Source of the DNA: Acidobacteriota bacterium
GTDB lineage: Bacteria > Acidobacteriota > UBA6911 > RPQK01 > JADFOI01
Length of the DNA stretch: 36,288 nucleotides
Direction of reading: 5' to 3'
NCBI GenBank assembly: GCA_036338555.1
Contig: JAYZBY010000136.1
Span: 1 to 36,288 of the forward strand
Under the pieces are notes generated by a model, which was not told the DNA's origin, ran no database searches, and saw only the letters and a program-made list of their open reading frames with translations. Made by a program: the position numbers and the translations under genes. Below, piece by piece: positions 14,696 through 24,555 of this stretch. Each line of letters starts with the position of its first letter. Within the stretch, counting starts at the first letter, position 1.

Positions 14696-17600
14696 ATGCG
14701 CAAGAGTACGCTAGTTTTAGGCTTGATTGTAGCGTTATTCGTACCCGTCACCGGACTGGCCCAGACCACCAGTGGTACCATTCTGGGAACCGTGGCCGAT
14801 GAAACCGGCGGCGTTCTGCCCGGAGTGGAAGTGGCGGTGACCAACCTGGATACCGGTGCCACCCGACTGGCCATCAGCGACGATGAGGGACGCTATCGAG
14901 TGCCCGAGGTGACTCCTGGAAACTACGAGATCTCGGCAGCCTTGACGGGATTTACCACGGCGGTTCGCAGCGGCATCAGTATGACCGTCAACCGTCAGGC
15001 CCGAGTGGATCTGACTCTGAGCGTGGGCGAGATTAGCGAACGCGTGGTAGTCACGGGCGAGGCACCCACCGTCGATACCACCAGTTCGACTATGGCCGGC
15101 CTTGTGGATGAGGCCAAGATTCGCGATTTGCCTCTCAACGGGCGCAGTTTTTCCGATCTCGTGACCCTACAGATGGGGACGTTCGAATTACCGACGGGAT
15201 CCAGTAACAGCGCTTCAGGGTTTGGGACCAAAATCTCCATCTCTGGCGCCCGTCCCTCTGCCAATAGTTTTTTACTGGACGGCAACTTCGTCAATGGCAC
15301 CCTGGGCAACACGCCGGGTGGAGCCACAGGGCTCTTCCTAGGGATAGAAACCCTGCGGGAATTTTCTGTTTTGACAAACACCTATAGTGCGGAGTACGGA
15401 CAAAGCATGGGTGGGATCATCAACGCCGTGACCAAGAGTGGAACCAATGATGTGCACGGCTCTGTCTTTTATTTTCACCGTAATGACAACATGGATGCCC
15501 GTAATTTCTTTGACCGGGATCCAAGCAATCCCACCCAGCGCAGTGATCCCCCAGAGTTCAGGCGCCACCAGTTCGGATTCACCGCCGGAGGGCCCATTGT
15601 GTCGGACAAGACCTTTATTTTTGGGGGTTTTGAGGGTCTCAGAGAGTCATTGGGGACGAGCATTGTCTTTGGCACCTACACTGACGAGGCCAAACAGGGT
15701 ATTTTCCCCGTTGACAGCCCTATAACTGACGCCAGCAACCCGTGTGCGAGAATCGATAACGCTCTAGGCTCTGCTCCTTTCAGTGCCACCTACCTTGCAG
15801 CCACGAATCGTTGCCAAATTCCGCTGGGTGGCCCTGCGGTTGCGGGTGGGCCAAGCGTGGCCGACTACATCGCGCGTTTCTTGCCCCCGGCCAACCAGGG
15901 GGTGCGGGATGCGCTGAACGGAACCGGGGAAGGCGTTTTGCAACACTCTAAAATATCAGACGAAGACAATTTCGTGATCAAGCTGGATCACAACTTCTCC
16001 GATTCGGACAGCATGTTTGTCCGCTACACTTTTGATGATGCGACAGTTGATCGTCCGTTGATCAATTTTGCAACTGGATTTATTACCCGCAATCAGTATG
16101 TAACCGTGGAGGAGAAACATGTTTTTTCCCCCACCCTTTTAAATGTGGCCCGGGTCGGCTTTAACCGTAGCGCTTTGTTGGAACGAGACTTTCCGATAGG
16201 CGGTGCCATCCCGGAGAACATGCAGCTCGTTCCCACCAACCGCAGCGCACTACCCGAACTGCAGTCGGGCCTCCTTGGCACCTGGACCCCACCTGGCACA
16301 GGGGGCGGTTTTTCCGGACCCATGGGAGGCAGCAGTGTTACTCCGCGGATTTACCGGACTAATCTGTTTGAGTATGCCGATACCGTAAATTGGACAAGCG
16401 GTTCGCATTCGGTGAAGTTCGGGGCCAATCTCAAGCGGGTTCAGGCCAACCTGATTTCTCCTCAGAGGACCTTTGGCAGCTTCCAGATGAAAGATATCTT
16501 CAACTTCCTGGTAGGCTCAAAAACCAATGGTTTGTCGTATATTACAGGCGATTCCAACGTTCAGCGCGGAATCCGCTTCTGGGCTATGGGATTCTTCATG
16601 CAGGATGATGTTCAGATTAGTCCTGGTCTGACGCTCAATTTGGGACTTCGCTACGAGCCCTCGACCGGACACTCGGAGGTCAACGGCAAACTGGGGACCG
16701 TGAAAGACATTCGCACGCAGACCAAGTCGGAAAGTGTAGACGTCATTTTCAAGAATCCTACGGGAAAGAATTTTGCTCCACGCATCGGCTTTGCCTGGGA
16801 TCCCTTCGGGGACGGGAAAACCGCTGTGAGGGCTGGCTTTGGCCTGTTCTACAACATCCAGATGACCGAGCTCGACCGCATCTCAGCCACCAGCAACCCC
16901 CCCCATACCACCATAGCGACAGTTTCAAGCCTTCCCTTCCCCTTCGATTTCGAGGCGTGCTGTACAGCCGCCGGGGGGGCAGCGCGGACCTCTTTGGAGC
17001 TCGTTGATTGGAATGCGCCTCAGTCCTACCGGATGCAATGGAACCTGAATATTCAGCATGAGATAGTGAATGACACTACCGCAACCGTTGGTTATGTTGG
17101 CGCCCGAGGGGTGGATTTGTTTCGGGTCTATCAGTGGAACCAGCCCGATCCGGTGGATCCGTCGACGTGTCAGCCCAACGACGGTCCCACTTGTGTCAAC
17201 CCGCTTCCTGCCCGCGGCCCCTATTACTACCCGCGATACGGGGACAGACCCGACAGTTCGTTTATTTTTGGCGGACGTATTCCACCTGGAAGGACCTGCC
17301 CAAAAGGAGGGGGGGGCTTCTTTCGTTGCGCCAGGCTGAACCCCAGCTTTGACACCAGCATCCAGCGTAGTGGAGGAGCCGATTCCTATTACCATGGGTT
17401 GCAGCTCCAATTGAACAAGCGTTTCTCCAAGGGTTTCCAGGTCCAGGCATCCTATTCCTGGTCTCATTCGATCGACACCAGCTCCAAGCAGATCCGGGGT
17501 CCTGGAGAGAGCAGCCAGACGTCCAGTCAGCAAAATCCCCTGGATACACAGGCTGAAAAGGGACACTCCAACTTCGACGTGCGGCACAACTTAAGCCTGA

Positions 17601-18151
17601 ATTACACAATCGACCTGCCGGGCCAGAATTTGGCGGGTCCGGCTGGAACAGTTCTGGGAGGATGGCAGCTAGGAGGCATCGTGACTATGGCCACCGGAGT
17701 TCCCGAGACCATCGTACTGGGGTATGACAACTGCCGGTGCATTAACGGAGAGATCTTCGGAGTGTCGACAACCGATAATCGTCCTGACCTAGTGGGAAAT
17801 AACAGTCCAGTTTTAAGCGGTGGACGAGACCCCAACAAATACTTTAACGCTACTTCTTCCAACTTTGTACCTGCCCCAGGGGGGTTTTATGGAAACCTGG
17901 GTCGAAATACACTGAGGATTCCAGGACTAGCTCAATTCGATCTTTCCTTTGTCAAGAAATCCAGCCTGGGTGAGGGAACCAGTCTGCAACTTCGCATCGA
18001 GGCCTTCAACATCCTCAATCGGGCCAACTTTGCCGATCCCTCCACCAGGCTCTTCTTTGGGGCCGGACGGCCTAACCGCGGAGCGGGGAGAATAACCCGT
18101 ACCCATACCACCGCGCGAGAGATACAGTTGGCTTTGAAGCTAGTCTTCTAG
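14696..18151 (+). CDS. TonB-dependent receptor with carboxypeptidase-regulatory-like N-terminal domain
   Basis: The start is set at ATG 14696 (MRKSTLVLGLIVALFVPVTGLAQ), with GGGAGG 6 nt upstream; the track starts 12 codons earlier. It has TTSGTILGTVADETGGVLPGVEVAVTNLDTGATR (CarboxypepD_reg-like), then plug-like and long beta-barrel regions. The C-terminus ...LALKLVF ends in Phe, as in outer-membrane barrels. Confidence 0.85.
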   Translation: MRKSTLVLGLIVALFVPVTGLAQTTSGTILGTVADETGGVLPGVEVAVTNLDTGATRLAISDDEGRYRVPEVTPGNYEISAALTGFTTAVRSGISMTVNRQARVDLTLSVGEISERVVVTGEAPTVDTTSSTMAGLVDEAKIRDLPLNGRSFSDLVTLQMGTFELPTGSSNSASGFGTKISISGARPSANSFLLDGNFVNGTLGNTPGGATGLFLGIETLREFSVLTNTYSAEYGQSMGGIINAVTKSGTNDVHGSVFYFHRNDNMDARNFFDRDPSNPTQRSDPPEFRRHQFGFTAGGPIVSDKTFIFGGFEGLRESLGTSIVFGTYTDEAKQGIFPVDSPITDASNPCARIDNALGSAPFSATYLAATNRCQIPLGGPAVAGGPSVADYIARFLPPANQGVRDALNGTGEGVLQHSKISDEDNFVIKLDHNFSDSDSMFVRYTFDDATVDRPLINFATGFITRNQYVTVEEKHVFSPTLLNVARVGFNRSALLERDFPIGGAIPENMQLVPTNRSALPELQSGLLGTWTPPGTGGGFSGPMGGSSVTPRIYRTNLFEYADTVNWTSGSHSVKFGANLKRVQANLISPQRTFGSFQMKDIFNFLVGSKTNGLSYITGDSNVQRGIRFWAMGFFMQDDVQISPGLTLNLGLRYEPSTGHSEVNGKLGTVKDIRTQTKSESVDVIFKNPTGKNFAPRIGFAWDPFGDGKTAVRAGFGLFYNIQMTELDRISATSNPPHTTIATVSSLPFPFDFEACCTAAGGAARTSLELVDWNAPQSYRMQWNLNIQHEIVNDTTATVGYVGARGVDLFRVYQWNQPDPVDPSTCQPNDGPTCVNPLPARGPYYYPRYGDRPDSSFIFGGRIPPGRTCPKGGGGFFRCARLNPSFDTSIQRSGGADSYYHGLQLQLNKRFSKGFQVQASYSWSHSIDTSSKQIRGPGESSQTSSQQNPLDTQAEKGHSNFDVRHNLSLNYTIDLPGQNLAGPAGTVLGGWQLGGIVTMATGVPETIVLGYDNCRCINGEIFGVSTTDNRPDLVGNNSPVLSGGRDPNKYFNATSSNFVPAPGGFYGNLGRNTLRIPGLAQFDLSFVKKSSLGEGTSLQLRIEAFNILNRANFADPSTRLFFGAGRPNRGAGRITRTHTTAREIQLALKLVF

Positions 18152-18180
18152 GATCGTTCCAGACAATTGCGCAATCCCGA

Positions 18181-18216
18181 AGAGGCAGGCTGCCAGGTAG
18201 CCTGCCTCTTTTTTTG
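18181..18216 (+). terminator. rho-independent terminator after the receptor gene
   Basis: agaggcaggct-gccaggt-agcctgcctct is an 11-bp stem followed by TTTTTTT. Confidence 0.85.
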
Positions 18217-18323
18217 TGGTGGCCGTTCTGTGAACAGTCCAGCGCTAGATCCTTCGCTCTAGACCCCTTATAATCTCCCCGAAGCAATCGTTTTCTCAAG
18301 AAACGAATAAAAGGAGGCCCAAC

Positions 18324-20180
18324 ATGAGTACCATTTCCACCCTGGTTCTGGTTGTGCTCATCTCTCAGGGATTCATTTTTTCTCAGCAGGTTCCGGAGTT
18401 GGTTGCCGAGCAGGGTTATGCGGATATGATCCTGATCAACGGGAAAATAGTGACTATGGATGACTGGAGCATTGTACCGAATACGCCCGGACGGATTGTT
18501 GAGGCCATGGCCATCAAGGGCAAAAAGATCATGGCGTTGGGAACCAACCAGCAGATGCGGGAATTGGCCGGGCCTGCCACCCAGTTTGTCGATGTGGGTG
18601 GTAAGGCTGTCATTCCGGGTTTGATCCAGACTCACTATCACCTCTTTGGTCCGGCCGCCAGCCGCTTTGGGCCTCAAGTGGGGCTGATCGACCCCAGCAT
18701 CAAGGTGACTGTGGTAGCGGAGGCGACCGCCGAAGGCACCTCCAAGAAGATCCGCGACTCGGTCGTCAACGCCATTGAAGCCCAGAGCATCCCTAAAGGA
18801 CAGTGGATCAGCGTCTCCTTGAGGGAAGGCCCGGACAACCGGCCCGCCACCAATCGAACCTGGCTCTACCGGGGACTCATCAACCGCAGGACGGTTCAGC
18901 TGGACAGCGCCGCCCCCGATCATCCGGTGGTGGTAGGAGCCAGACAAGCGGGAATCTTCAACGCGGCGGCTATCCGGGCATTCAAAGAGGTTTTTCCCGA
19001 CTGGGAAGAGAGCACCATGCTGGAGAGGGGCCGCAGCAGCGCCGCCCGGGACGGATACGCGGCCGTTCCCGAACTGCAAGGTCTCACCTTCGCCTACTGG
19101 TGGAGAGATGAGCCGGTCGACAAGTTGGCGGAAGCGCTGAGACTTCACGGGATGACGCTACAAAAGCTGGGGATGACAACGGTGTCGACGCGTTTGCTTT
19201 TTCCCAGCATTGTGGACGCCTACAATAAGCTCAATCGCGAGGGTAAAATGCCCCATCGCTTGTCCTATTACATCGAAGCCCAGAGGGGCAGTTTCTTCAA
19301 CCTCAAAGCGACCCGTGAATTCTACAAGGGCACGGGTGCGCCCTGGACCAATCACCGCAACGGCGGGGAGATGTTGTGGATGGGTGGAATGAGCAACGAG
19401 GTCTGGGATTCCAGCCAGAATCATGTGTGCCTGGGTCCCGACGTTCCTGCCTCTCCCGAGATCAAGGACCGGGAACGCTGTCCGCGTCCCGGGACCCGGC
19501 CCTGGGAAGCGGTCAAGGCGGCGGTCATGAACGGGTGGCGCCCAGTGGGGGTCCACGGCACCTCCAGCCATGGAGTCCGGCTCTACATTCAGATGCTGGA
19601 AGACGCCATGAAGGAGGCCAACCTGTCGGCTGAGCACATCCGGGGACTTCGCACCACCATGGAGCACAATACGGTGCTGGGCACTCCTGACGATGTGATG
19701 GCCAAGATCAAGGAGTACGGCATCATCCTCAACGTCAACACGCCTTACCTGGACTGGACCAGTGTGCTGATCAAGGACTATGGAGAGGTGCTCAGACCTT
19801 ACGCCATGCCCGTCAAGACCTGGATCAACCAGGGAATCCGGGTGACCTTCGAAGCCACCGGCACCGATTTCTGGAAGCCCATCCACACCCTTATCACCCG
19901 GGAGATCACCAACCCCCTGACCCAGCAGAAGGAAACCATGAATCCCGAGCAGGCCATCGATCGGGTCACCGCATTGAAGATGACCACTACCTGGGCTTCC
20001 GAGTACATTTTGGCCGAGGACACCCTGGGCACTTTGGAACCCGGAAAATACGCCGACTTCGTGGTTTTGGAGCAGGACTTTTTCACCATCCCGGTCGAGG
20101 AGATACCCGGGATGCAGGTCATCATGACGGGTCTGGCCGGGGAGATTGTCTACGATCGGGACCAACTGGCCGGCATGTAA
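18324..20180 (+). CDS. exported amidohydrolase family protein, group I
   Basis: 618 aa with an AAGGAGG SD and a perfect TATAAT at 18269..18274 upstream. It has a signal peptide, QQVPELVAEQGYADMILINGKIVTMDD, HxH (QTHYH), and GTLEPGKYADFVVLEQDFFTIP. Confidence 0.85.
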   Translation: MSTISTLVLVVLISQGFIFSQQVPELVAEQGYADMILINGKIVTMDDWSIVPNTPGRIVEAMAIKGKKIMALGTNQQMRELAGPATQFVDVGGKAVIPGLIQTHYHLFGPAASRFGPQVGLIDPSIKVTVVAEATAEGTSKKIRDSVVNAIEAQSIPKGQWISVSLREGPDNRPATNRTWLYRGLINRRTVQLDSAAPDHPVVVGARQAGIFNAAAIRAFKEVFPDWEESTMLERGRSSAARDGYAAVPELQGLTFAYWWRDEPVDKLAEALRLHGMTLQKLGMTTVSTRLLFPSIVDAYNKLNREGKMPHRLSYYIEAQRGSFFNLKATREFYKGTGAPWTNHRNGGEMLWMGGMSNEVWDSSQNHVCLGPDVPASPEIKDRERCPRPGTRPWEAVKAAVMNGWRPVGVHGTSSHGVRLYIQMLEDAMKEANLSAEHIRGLRTTMEHNTVLGTPDDVMAKIKEYGIILNVNTPYLDWTSVLIKDYGEVLRPYAMPVKTWINQGIRVTFEATGTDFWKPIHTLITREITNPLTQQKETMNPEQAIDRVTALKMTTTWASEYILAEDTLGTLEPGKYADFVVLEQDFFTIPVEEIPGMQVIMTGLAGEIVYDRDQLAGM

Positions 20181-20200
20181 GGGCGCACGGCTGTGCGCCC
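20177..20200 (+). repeat. REP-like element, class A, head overlapping the stop codon of 18324..20180
   Basis: gtaa-gggcgcacggctgtgcgccc. The TAA of the gene occupies the position of the usual GTAG head. Confidence 0.75.
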
Positions 20201-20246
20201 TTACCGTGCTTTCGCGCTTTCGCTTTTGAATTAACCGGAGGAACCC

Positions 20247-21317
20247 ATGATCAAGCCCTATATGGCCTTTGCAATTCAGCCCAAGGTTTACGGCTGTAAG
20301 GACCGAAAAGAATCCAAGAAGAACCTGGACAACCTGTGCCGGCAGATCGATGCGTGCATGTACGTGGGCGATATGGAATACCCGGCCCAACTGCTGGCCA
20401 TCCCCGAGGGGGCCATCACGGGGTTTTACGATGAGCACAGCCGGATGGATTATGCCGAGATCGTCAAGAAGGTGGCCCTCGATCTTCCCGGCGAGGAGAC
20501 CCAAGTCTTAGCCGAGAAGGCCCGACAATGGGGGATCTACATCATCGCCGCCGCCAAGGTGGTCGAGCCCGATCTTTTCCCGGGACGCTATTTCAACACC
20601 GTCTTCATTATTGATCCCGAAGGAAACATTATTCATCGCTATCGAAAACACCGGGTCTTTCCCGCCGAGAGTTCCACCACGCCCTATGATCTGTATGATG
20701 AGTGGCTGGAGAAGGTGGGCGATGATGTGGACGCCTTCTTCCCGGTGGCCGACACGCCGATCGGAAGAATCGGCACCATGCTGGCCTTCGATGGGAAATT
20801 CCCCGAGGCGGGAAGGGCCCTGGCCCTCAACGGAGCCGAGATCATCTACCGGGGAGGCGAGTTCGAACTGCACCGCCGCTACGGATACACGGAAATCATG
20901 AACCGGGCCCATGCTGTCAACAACAGCTGCTACCTGATCGCTCCCTCCAACGGCCCCAAGTTCATGGATCTCACCGATGATCGGCCTTCCATGACCGGCT
21001 CGGTCAGCGGAGGCGGGATGATCGTCAATTACCGCGGTCAGGTGTTGTGCCAGATCACCAACACCAACGTCACCTACGCCGCCGCCATGATCAACGTCGA
21101 GGAGCTCCGGGAGTATCGTTCCAAGGCCTCCGTCTACACCCTTCCCTATACGACTCCCGAGATGTGGGCTCGGATCTATGCCTCGATCGCGGATAAATAC
21201 CTGTATCCGAAGAACTCTCACCTCGACGAACCTTCCCTCGACTACCAGGGACGAAAGAAACGGATGCAGGATATCGTCCAGAAAATGATCGAGGCCTCTA
21301 CCATCAAAGGCCCGTAG
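20247..21317 (+). CDS. carbon-nitrogen hydrolase (nitrilase superfamily) homolog, catalytic Cys apparently replaced by Ala
   Basis: 356 aa with a GGAGG SD. The Glu motif LLAIPEGAITGF (E54) and Lys motif HRYRKHRVFP (K134) are present. The expected G..iC.D..FPE motif reads GTMLAFDGKFPE (A180). The RAHAVNN motif is present. Confidence 0.7.
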   Translation: MIKPYMAFAIQPKVYGCKDRKESKKNLDNLCRQIDACMYVGDMEYPAQLLAIPEGAITGFYDEHSRMDYAEIVKKVALDLPGEETQVLAEKARQWGIYIIAAAKVVEPDLFPGRYFNTVFIIDPEGNIIHRYRKHRVFPAESSTTPYDLYDEWLEKVGDDVDAFFPVADTPIGRIGTMLAFDGKFPEAGRALALNGAEIIYRGGEFELHRRYGYTEIMNRAHAVNNSCYLIAPSNGPKFMDLTDDRPSMTGSVSGGGMIVNYRGQVLCQITNTNVTYAAAMINVEELREYRSKASVYTLPYTTPEMWARIYASIADKYLYPKNSHLDEPSLDYQGRKKRMQDIVQKMIEASTIKGP

Positions 21318-21327
21318 AACCCCTTCT

Positions 21328-21371
21328 TGTAGCGGCCGCTCTAGGAGCGGCCCTCCGGAATGCGGTCGCAC
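21328..21371 (+). repeat. REP-like element, class B long form
   Basis: tgtagcggccgctctaggagcggccctccggaatgcggtcgcac lies just after the stop of 20247..21317. Confidence 0.8.
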
Positions 21372-21385
21372 AGCCGTTAGAGAAC

Positions 21386-22489
21386 ATGAAAATCATGAGC
21401 GACATCGAGAAAGCCTACACGACCTTGGGGCTGGAACCGGGCGCCTCCATTAAAGAGGTCAGAGAAGCCCATCGAGATCTTTGCCTGGTCTGGGACGCGA
21501 GTCGTTTTGACGACAATCCACAAGTCCAGAAAAAGGCGCTGGACCAACTAGGTCGGATTGATGAAGCCTTCGAGACGCTTTGGGCCTATCACGGTGGATC
21601 TGCTAGGACTGAAGGGGAGACAGCGTCAAGACCGCCTTTGGAAAAAGGTACGGCTCAGCCAACCGACCAGGCTGAGAACTCCCAAGCAGGGGCCCCTTCA
21701 CTCTACGAAGAGATCTTCCGGGGGAGGGCAGACAAGACTCCCAAACGACTGCTATTGGGGGTCATGGTTGCCGCGATAGTGGTAGTGGTGGTGGTGGTAA
21801 TTTACCTGGGTGGTCCGGTCGATCAGGATGAGGTCGAGGGGGCGCAAGCAGCCCCGGCCATCGAAGAACCCCTTGAAATGGAAGGGCTTCTTGAGAATGC
21901 AGTCAGTGGGCCGGGTGATCTTCCTTCCAATCCGTTCCAGCCGGGTGACCCCCCGGGATCCACTGTCGAGACGGCAGGTGAGCCTGGTGAACCTGCCCGT
22001 TTATCCTCTGTTTCTCCGCCCGTCACGCCGTTGAAGGATGAGACCGACTCCCAGCCATTGCCCCGGATTTCTTCGGCAGTTGAGGCCCTCCCTCAAAAAG
22101 AGGTTCCAGTGGTTGAGCCGCAAGACCCCGAGCCGGGCAACAAACCGGTTCTACAGAGGGAGACGCTTAACCTGGTCGAAGAGACCCCAGAACCCGCCGG
22201 GCAGGAAGTCGAGGAGGATGAGGCTTCGATTCTGGCACTTGAAATCCTCAAGGAAAAATCGGAGATCGCCCGTCAACTAATTGAAGGCGGGGGAGTCCTC
22301 GATCTCAGTTACCAGGAATGGAAAACGGTCCGCCGCAACGCACCGGAGTTCTGGATCGATGTCATTACCCAGCGGACGACGGATAGGGGGGAACTCCATC
22401 TGATCTGGTCGGTGAACATGGAGACCGGTGTGGTCAGCCCGTTGAGTCAAGCGGCTCGAGATGTGGAACCGGACCCGCTGCCGAAATAG
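21386..22489 (+). CDS. membrane-anchored J-like domain protein (HPD motif absent)
   Basis: The N-terminus YTTLGLEPGASIKEVREAHRDLCLVWDASRFDDNPQVQKKALDQLGRIDEAFETL has J-domain architecture but DAS where HPD is expected. It has one TM helix (LLLGVMVAAIVVVVVVVIYLGG), an acidic Pro-rich linker and an unassigned C-terminal domain. The start could be ATG 21386 or 21395. Confidence 0.6.
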   Translation: MKIMSDIEKAYTTLGLEPGASIKEVREAHRDLCLVWDASRFDDNPQVQKKALDQLGRIDEAFETLWAYHGGSARTEGETASRPPLEKGTAQPTDQAENSQAGAPSLYEEIFRGRADKTPKRLLLGVMVAAIVVVVVVVIYLGGPVDQDEVEGAQAAPAIEEPLEMEGLLENAVSGPGDLPSNPFQPGDPPGSTVETAGEPGEPARLSSVSPPVTPLKDETDSQPLPRISSAVEALPQKEVPVVEPQDPEPGNKPVLQRETLNLVEETPEPAGQEVEEDEASILALEILKEKSEIARQLIEGGGVLDLSYQEWKTVRRNAPEFWIDVITQRTTDRGELHLIWSVNMETGVVSPLSQAARDVEPDPLPK

Positions 22490-22734
22490 GCGGGTGAGGT
22501 TTGATCCAACGGAATTGCTTCCTCAGGTCGAGCTTCAGCATCCCTTCCACTTGGCGTGGACCCTTCCGCTCGAGGTCACTCCTGGTTGGAACCTACCTTT
22601 CCGGCAACCGATGTTTCTCCTTGACATCCAACCACCCAGGCGCGAGCATAGGGTCTGCTTAACCTGTTTTAAATCCTGGGTTTGGGGTCCGGCATTGATG
22701 CCGGGCGGCCATCCTTTTCATTGGGAGTAATTTT

Positions 22735-24507
22735 ATGAAATATCCAAGGACGCTATTCTCCTGTTTGGTTTTGACGCTGGCTCTTTTGGCCCTCTCCTGC
22801 GGGGGCGCGGTACCCGATGCCCTCGCACCCGACATAGTTCTGGTCAATGGAAAAGTGGTCACCGTGGATGCCGACTTCAGCATTGCCGAGGCGGTGGCGA
22901 TTTCCGACGGCAAGTTCGTGGCTGTGGGAAGCAGTGCAGAGATTCAGGCCCTGGCCGGTGCCAATACGGAGGTCGTGGATCTGGGAGGAAACACGGTGCT
23001 TCCCGGCCTGAACGATGGCCACGGGCATGTGACCCTGACCTGGGGCAAAAAGGTCGATCCCATCGAGACTCGATTTCGCAATTCCAGCAGCATCGAGGAA
23101 GTCCTAGATATCTTACGGGAAAAGATGGAGACACTTGACGAAGGAGAGCTCTTGTGGTTTGACCGGGGCGCTTCCAGTCCCAACGTTTTCGAGGAGAAGC
23201 GCTGGCCTAATCGCCATGACCTGGACAAGGTCTCGACCGACCGTCCCATTCTCCTATCATTGGGCCCGGCAGGAAGCAATGCCATCGTCAACACCAAGTT
23301 GCTGCGCGATCTGGGAATCACCAGCAGGACCCCTCAGCCCTATGATCAGGGAACACAGGGAGAGATTGTCAAGGATTCCCGAGGCCAGCCCAACGGAGTC
23401 TTTCTGGGGTGGGCCGGTCAGTCCTTGGTGCGCCGGAACATCCGGCTTTATTCGACCGAGGTCCAGGCGGAAAATATCCTGCGTGCCTCTGAACAGATGC
23501 ACAAATATGGAATTACCAGCGTCGGAGATCCCAATTCCGCCGTGGCCAGTACCAACGACAATATTCCCTTGATGCGCTCCTATCAGAAACTCTCAGCGGA
23601 AGGCAGACTCCCGGTTCGAGTCAACGTGATGCCTCGAGTGCCTTTCATGACGATTCCCCTGGAGGAAAATTTGAATTACCTGGACTCGATTCCCGTCGAG
23701 CCTGGATTTGGAAATGACTTCATGGTGATGCGGCAAGTCAAGGTCGTGGTCAATTCTTCCCGGGGCGAATTCAAGTTACCGCATGACGACGTCAAGGAGG
23801 TCTTCAAGGCCGTCCACCGGGCAGGCTGGCAGTTGATGGTGCATGTTGGAGGTGGAGAAGCCTTTGATGTGGTCATGGAAGCCATCGATGAAGCCTACGA
23901 TGCCTATCCTGACGGTCCCCAGCGGCACCTGATCACCCATGCCCGTGAGCCCAGTGAAGCGAACATCGAGATCATGGTGAAGCGGGGAGTCATGGTTGAT
24001 CCCCAGCCGGGAACACTTTATGCCTACCCGGATGATGGCGAGGTGGAAGAAGGTCGCTACGGGCCGCTTCCTTTGCGGACCTATCTGGACCGCGGAGTGG
24101 GCCTGATGATCAGTTCTGACCAGCAGCCGGTGGGGCCCCTCTTTCATGTCTTTGAGGCTGTCAATCGGGTGAGTCGTTCCGGCAAGCCCGTCGTACCGGA
24201 AGAGGCCATCACTGTTGAGGAGGCCATTCGGGCCACCACCATCACGCCCGCTTACTCGGTTTTTCAGGACGATGTGAAGGGTTCCATCGAGCCGGGCAAA
24301 TATGCCGACTTGGTGGTGCTGGGAAAGGACATCCTGACGATTCCCTCCATGGAGATCAAGGACATTCCCATCTTTCGCACCATGGTCGACGGAAAGTTTG
24401 TTTATACCAATGAAAACCAGGATCCTGACCAGGAAGTCCGTTACTGGGATCCGGGTCGTTCTCGGTTTTTGAACCTGAAAATTCCAGGTGGAGACAGCCT
24501 GCGTTAG
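22735..24507 (+). CDS. amidohydrolase family protein, probable lipoprotein, group II
   Basis: 590 aa with a GGGAG SD. The signal ends ...LALLALSCGG, a non-canonical lipobox. Other motifs are PDIVLVNGKVVTVDADFSIAEAVAISDGKFVAVGS, HxH (DGHGH), and GSIEPGKYADLVVLGKDILTIP. It is a paralog of 5974..7743 and 25184..26983. Confidence 0.85.
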   Translation: MKYPRTLFSCLVLTLALLALSCGGAVPDALAPDIVLVNGKVVTVDADFSIAEAVAISDGKFVAVGSSAEIQALAGANTEVVDLGGNTVLPGLNDGHGHVTLTWGKKVDPIETRFRNSSSIEEVLDILREKMETLDEGELLWFDRGASSPNVFEEKRWPNRHDLDKVSTDRPILLSLGPAGSNAIVNTKLLRDLGITSRTPQPYDQGTQGEIVKDSRGQPNGVFLGWAGQSLVRRNIRLYSTEVQAENILRASEQMHKYGITSVGDPNSAVASTNDNIPLMRSYQKLSAEGRLPVRVNVMPRVPFMTIPLEENLNYLDSIPVEPGFGNDFMVMRQVKVVVNSSRGEFKLPHDDVKEVFKAVHRAGWQLMVHVGGGEAFDVVMEAIDEAYDAYPDGPQRHLITHAREPSEANIEIMVKRGVMVDPQPGTLYAYPDDGEVEEGRYGPLPLRTYLDRGVGLMISSDQQPVGPLFHVFEAVNRVSRSGKPVVPEEAITVEEAIRATTITPAYSVFQDDVKGSIEPGKYADLVVLGKDILTIPSMEIKDIPIFRTMVDGKFVYTNENQDPDQEVRYWDPGRSRFLNLKIPGGDSLR

Positions 24508-24555
24508 TTCGGATCAAGCATTATTCGGACTGCGAAATTTCATCAAAAGGAGTGC

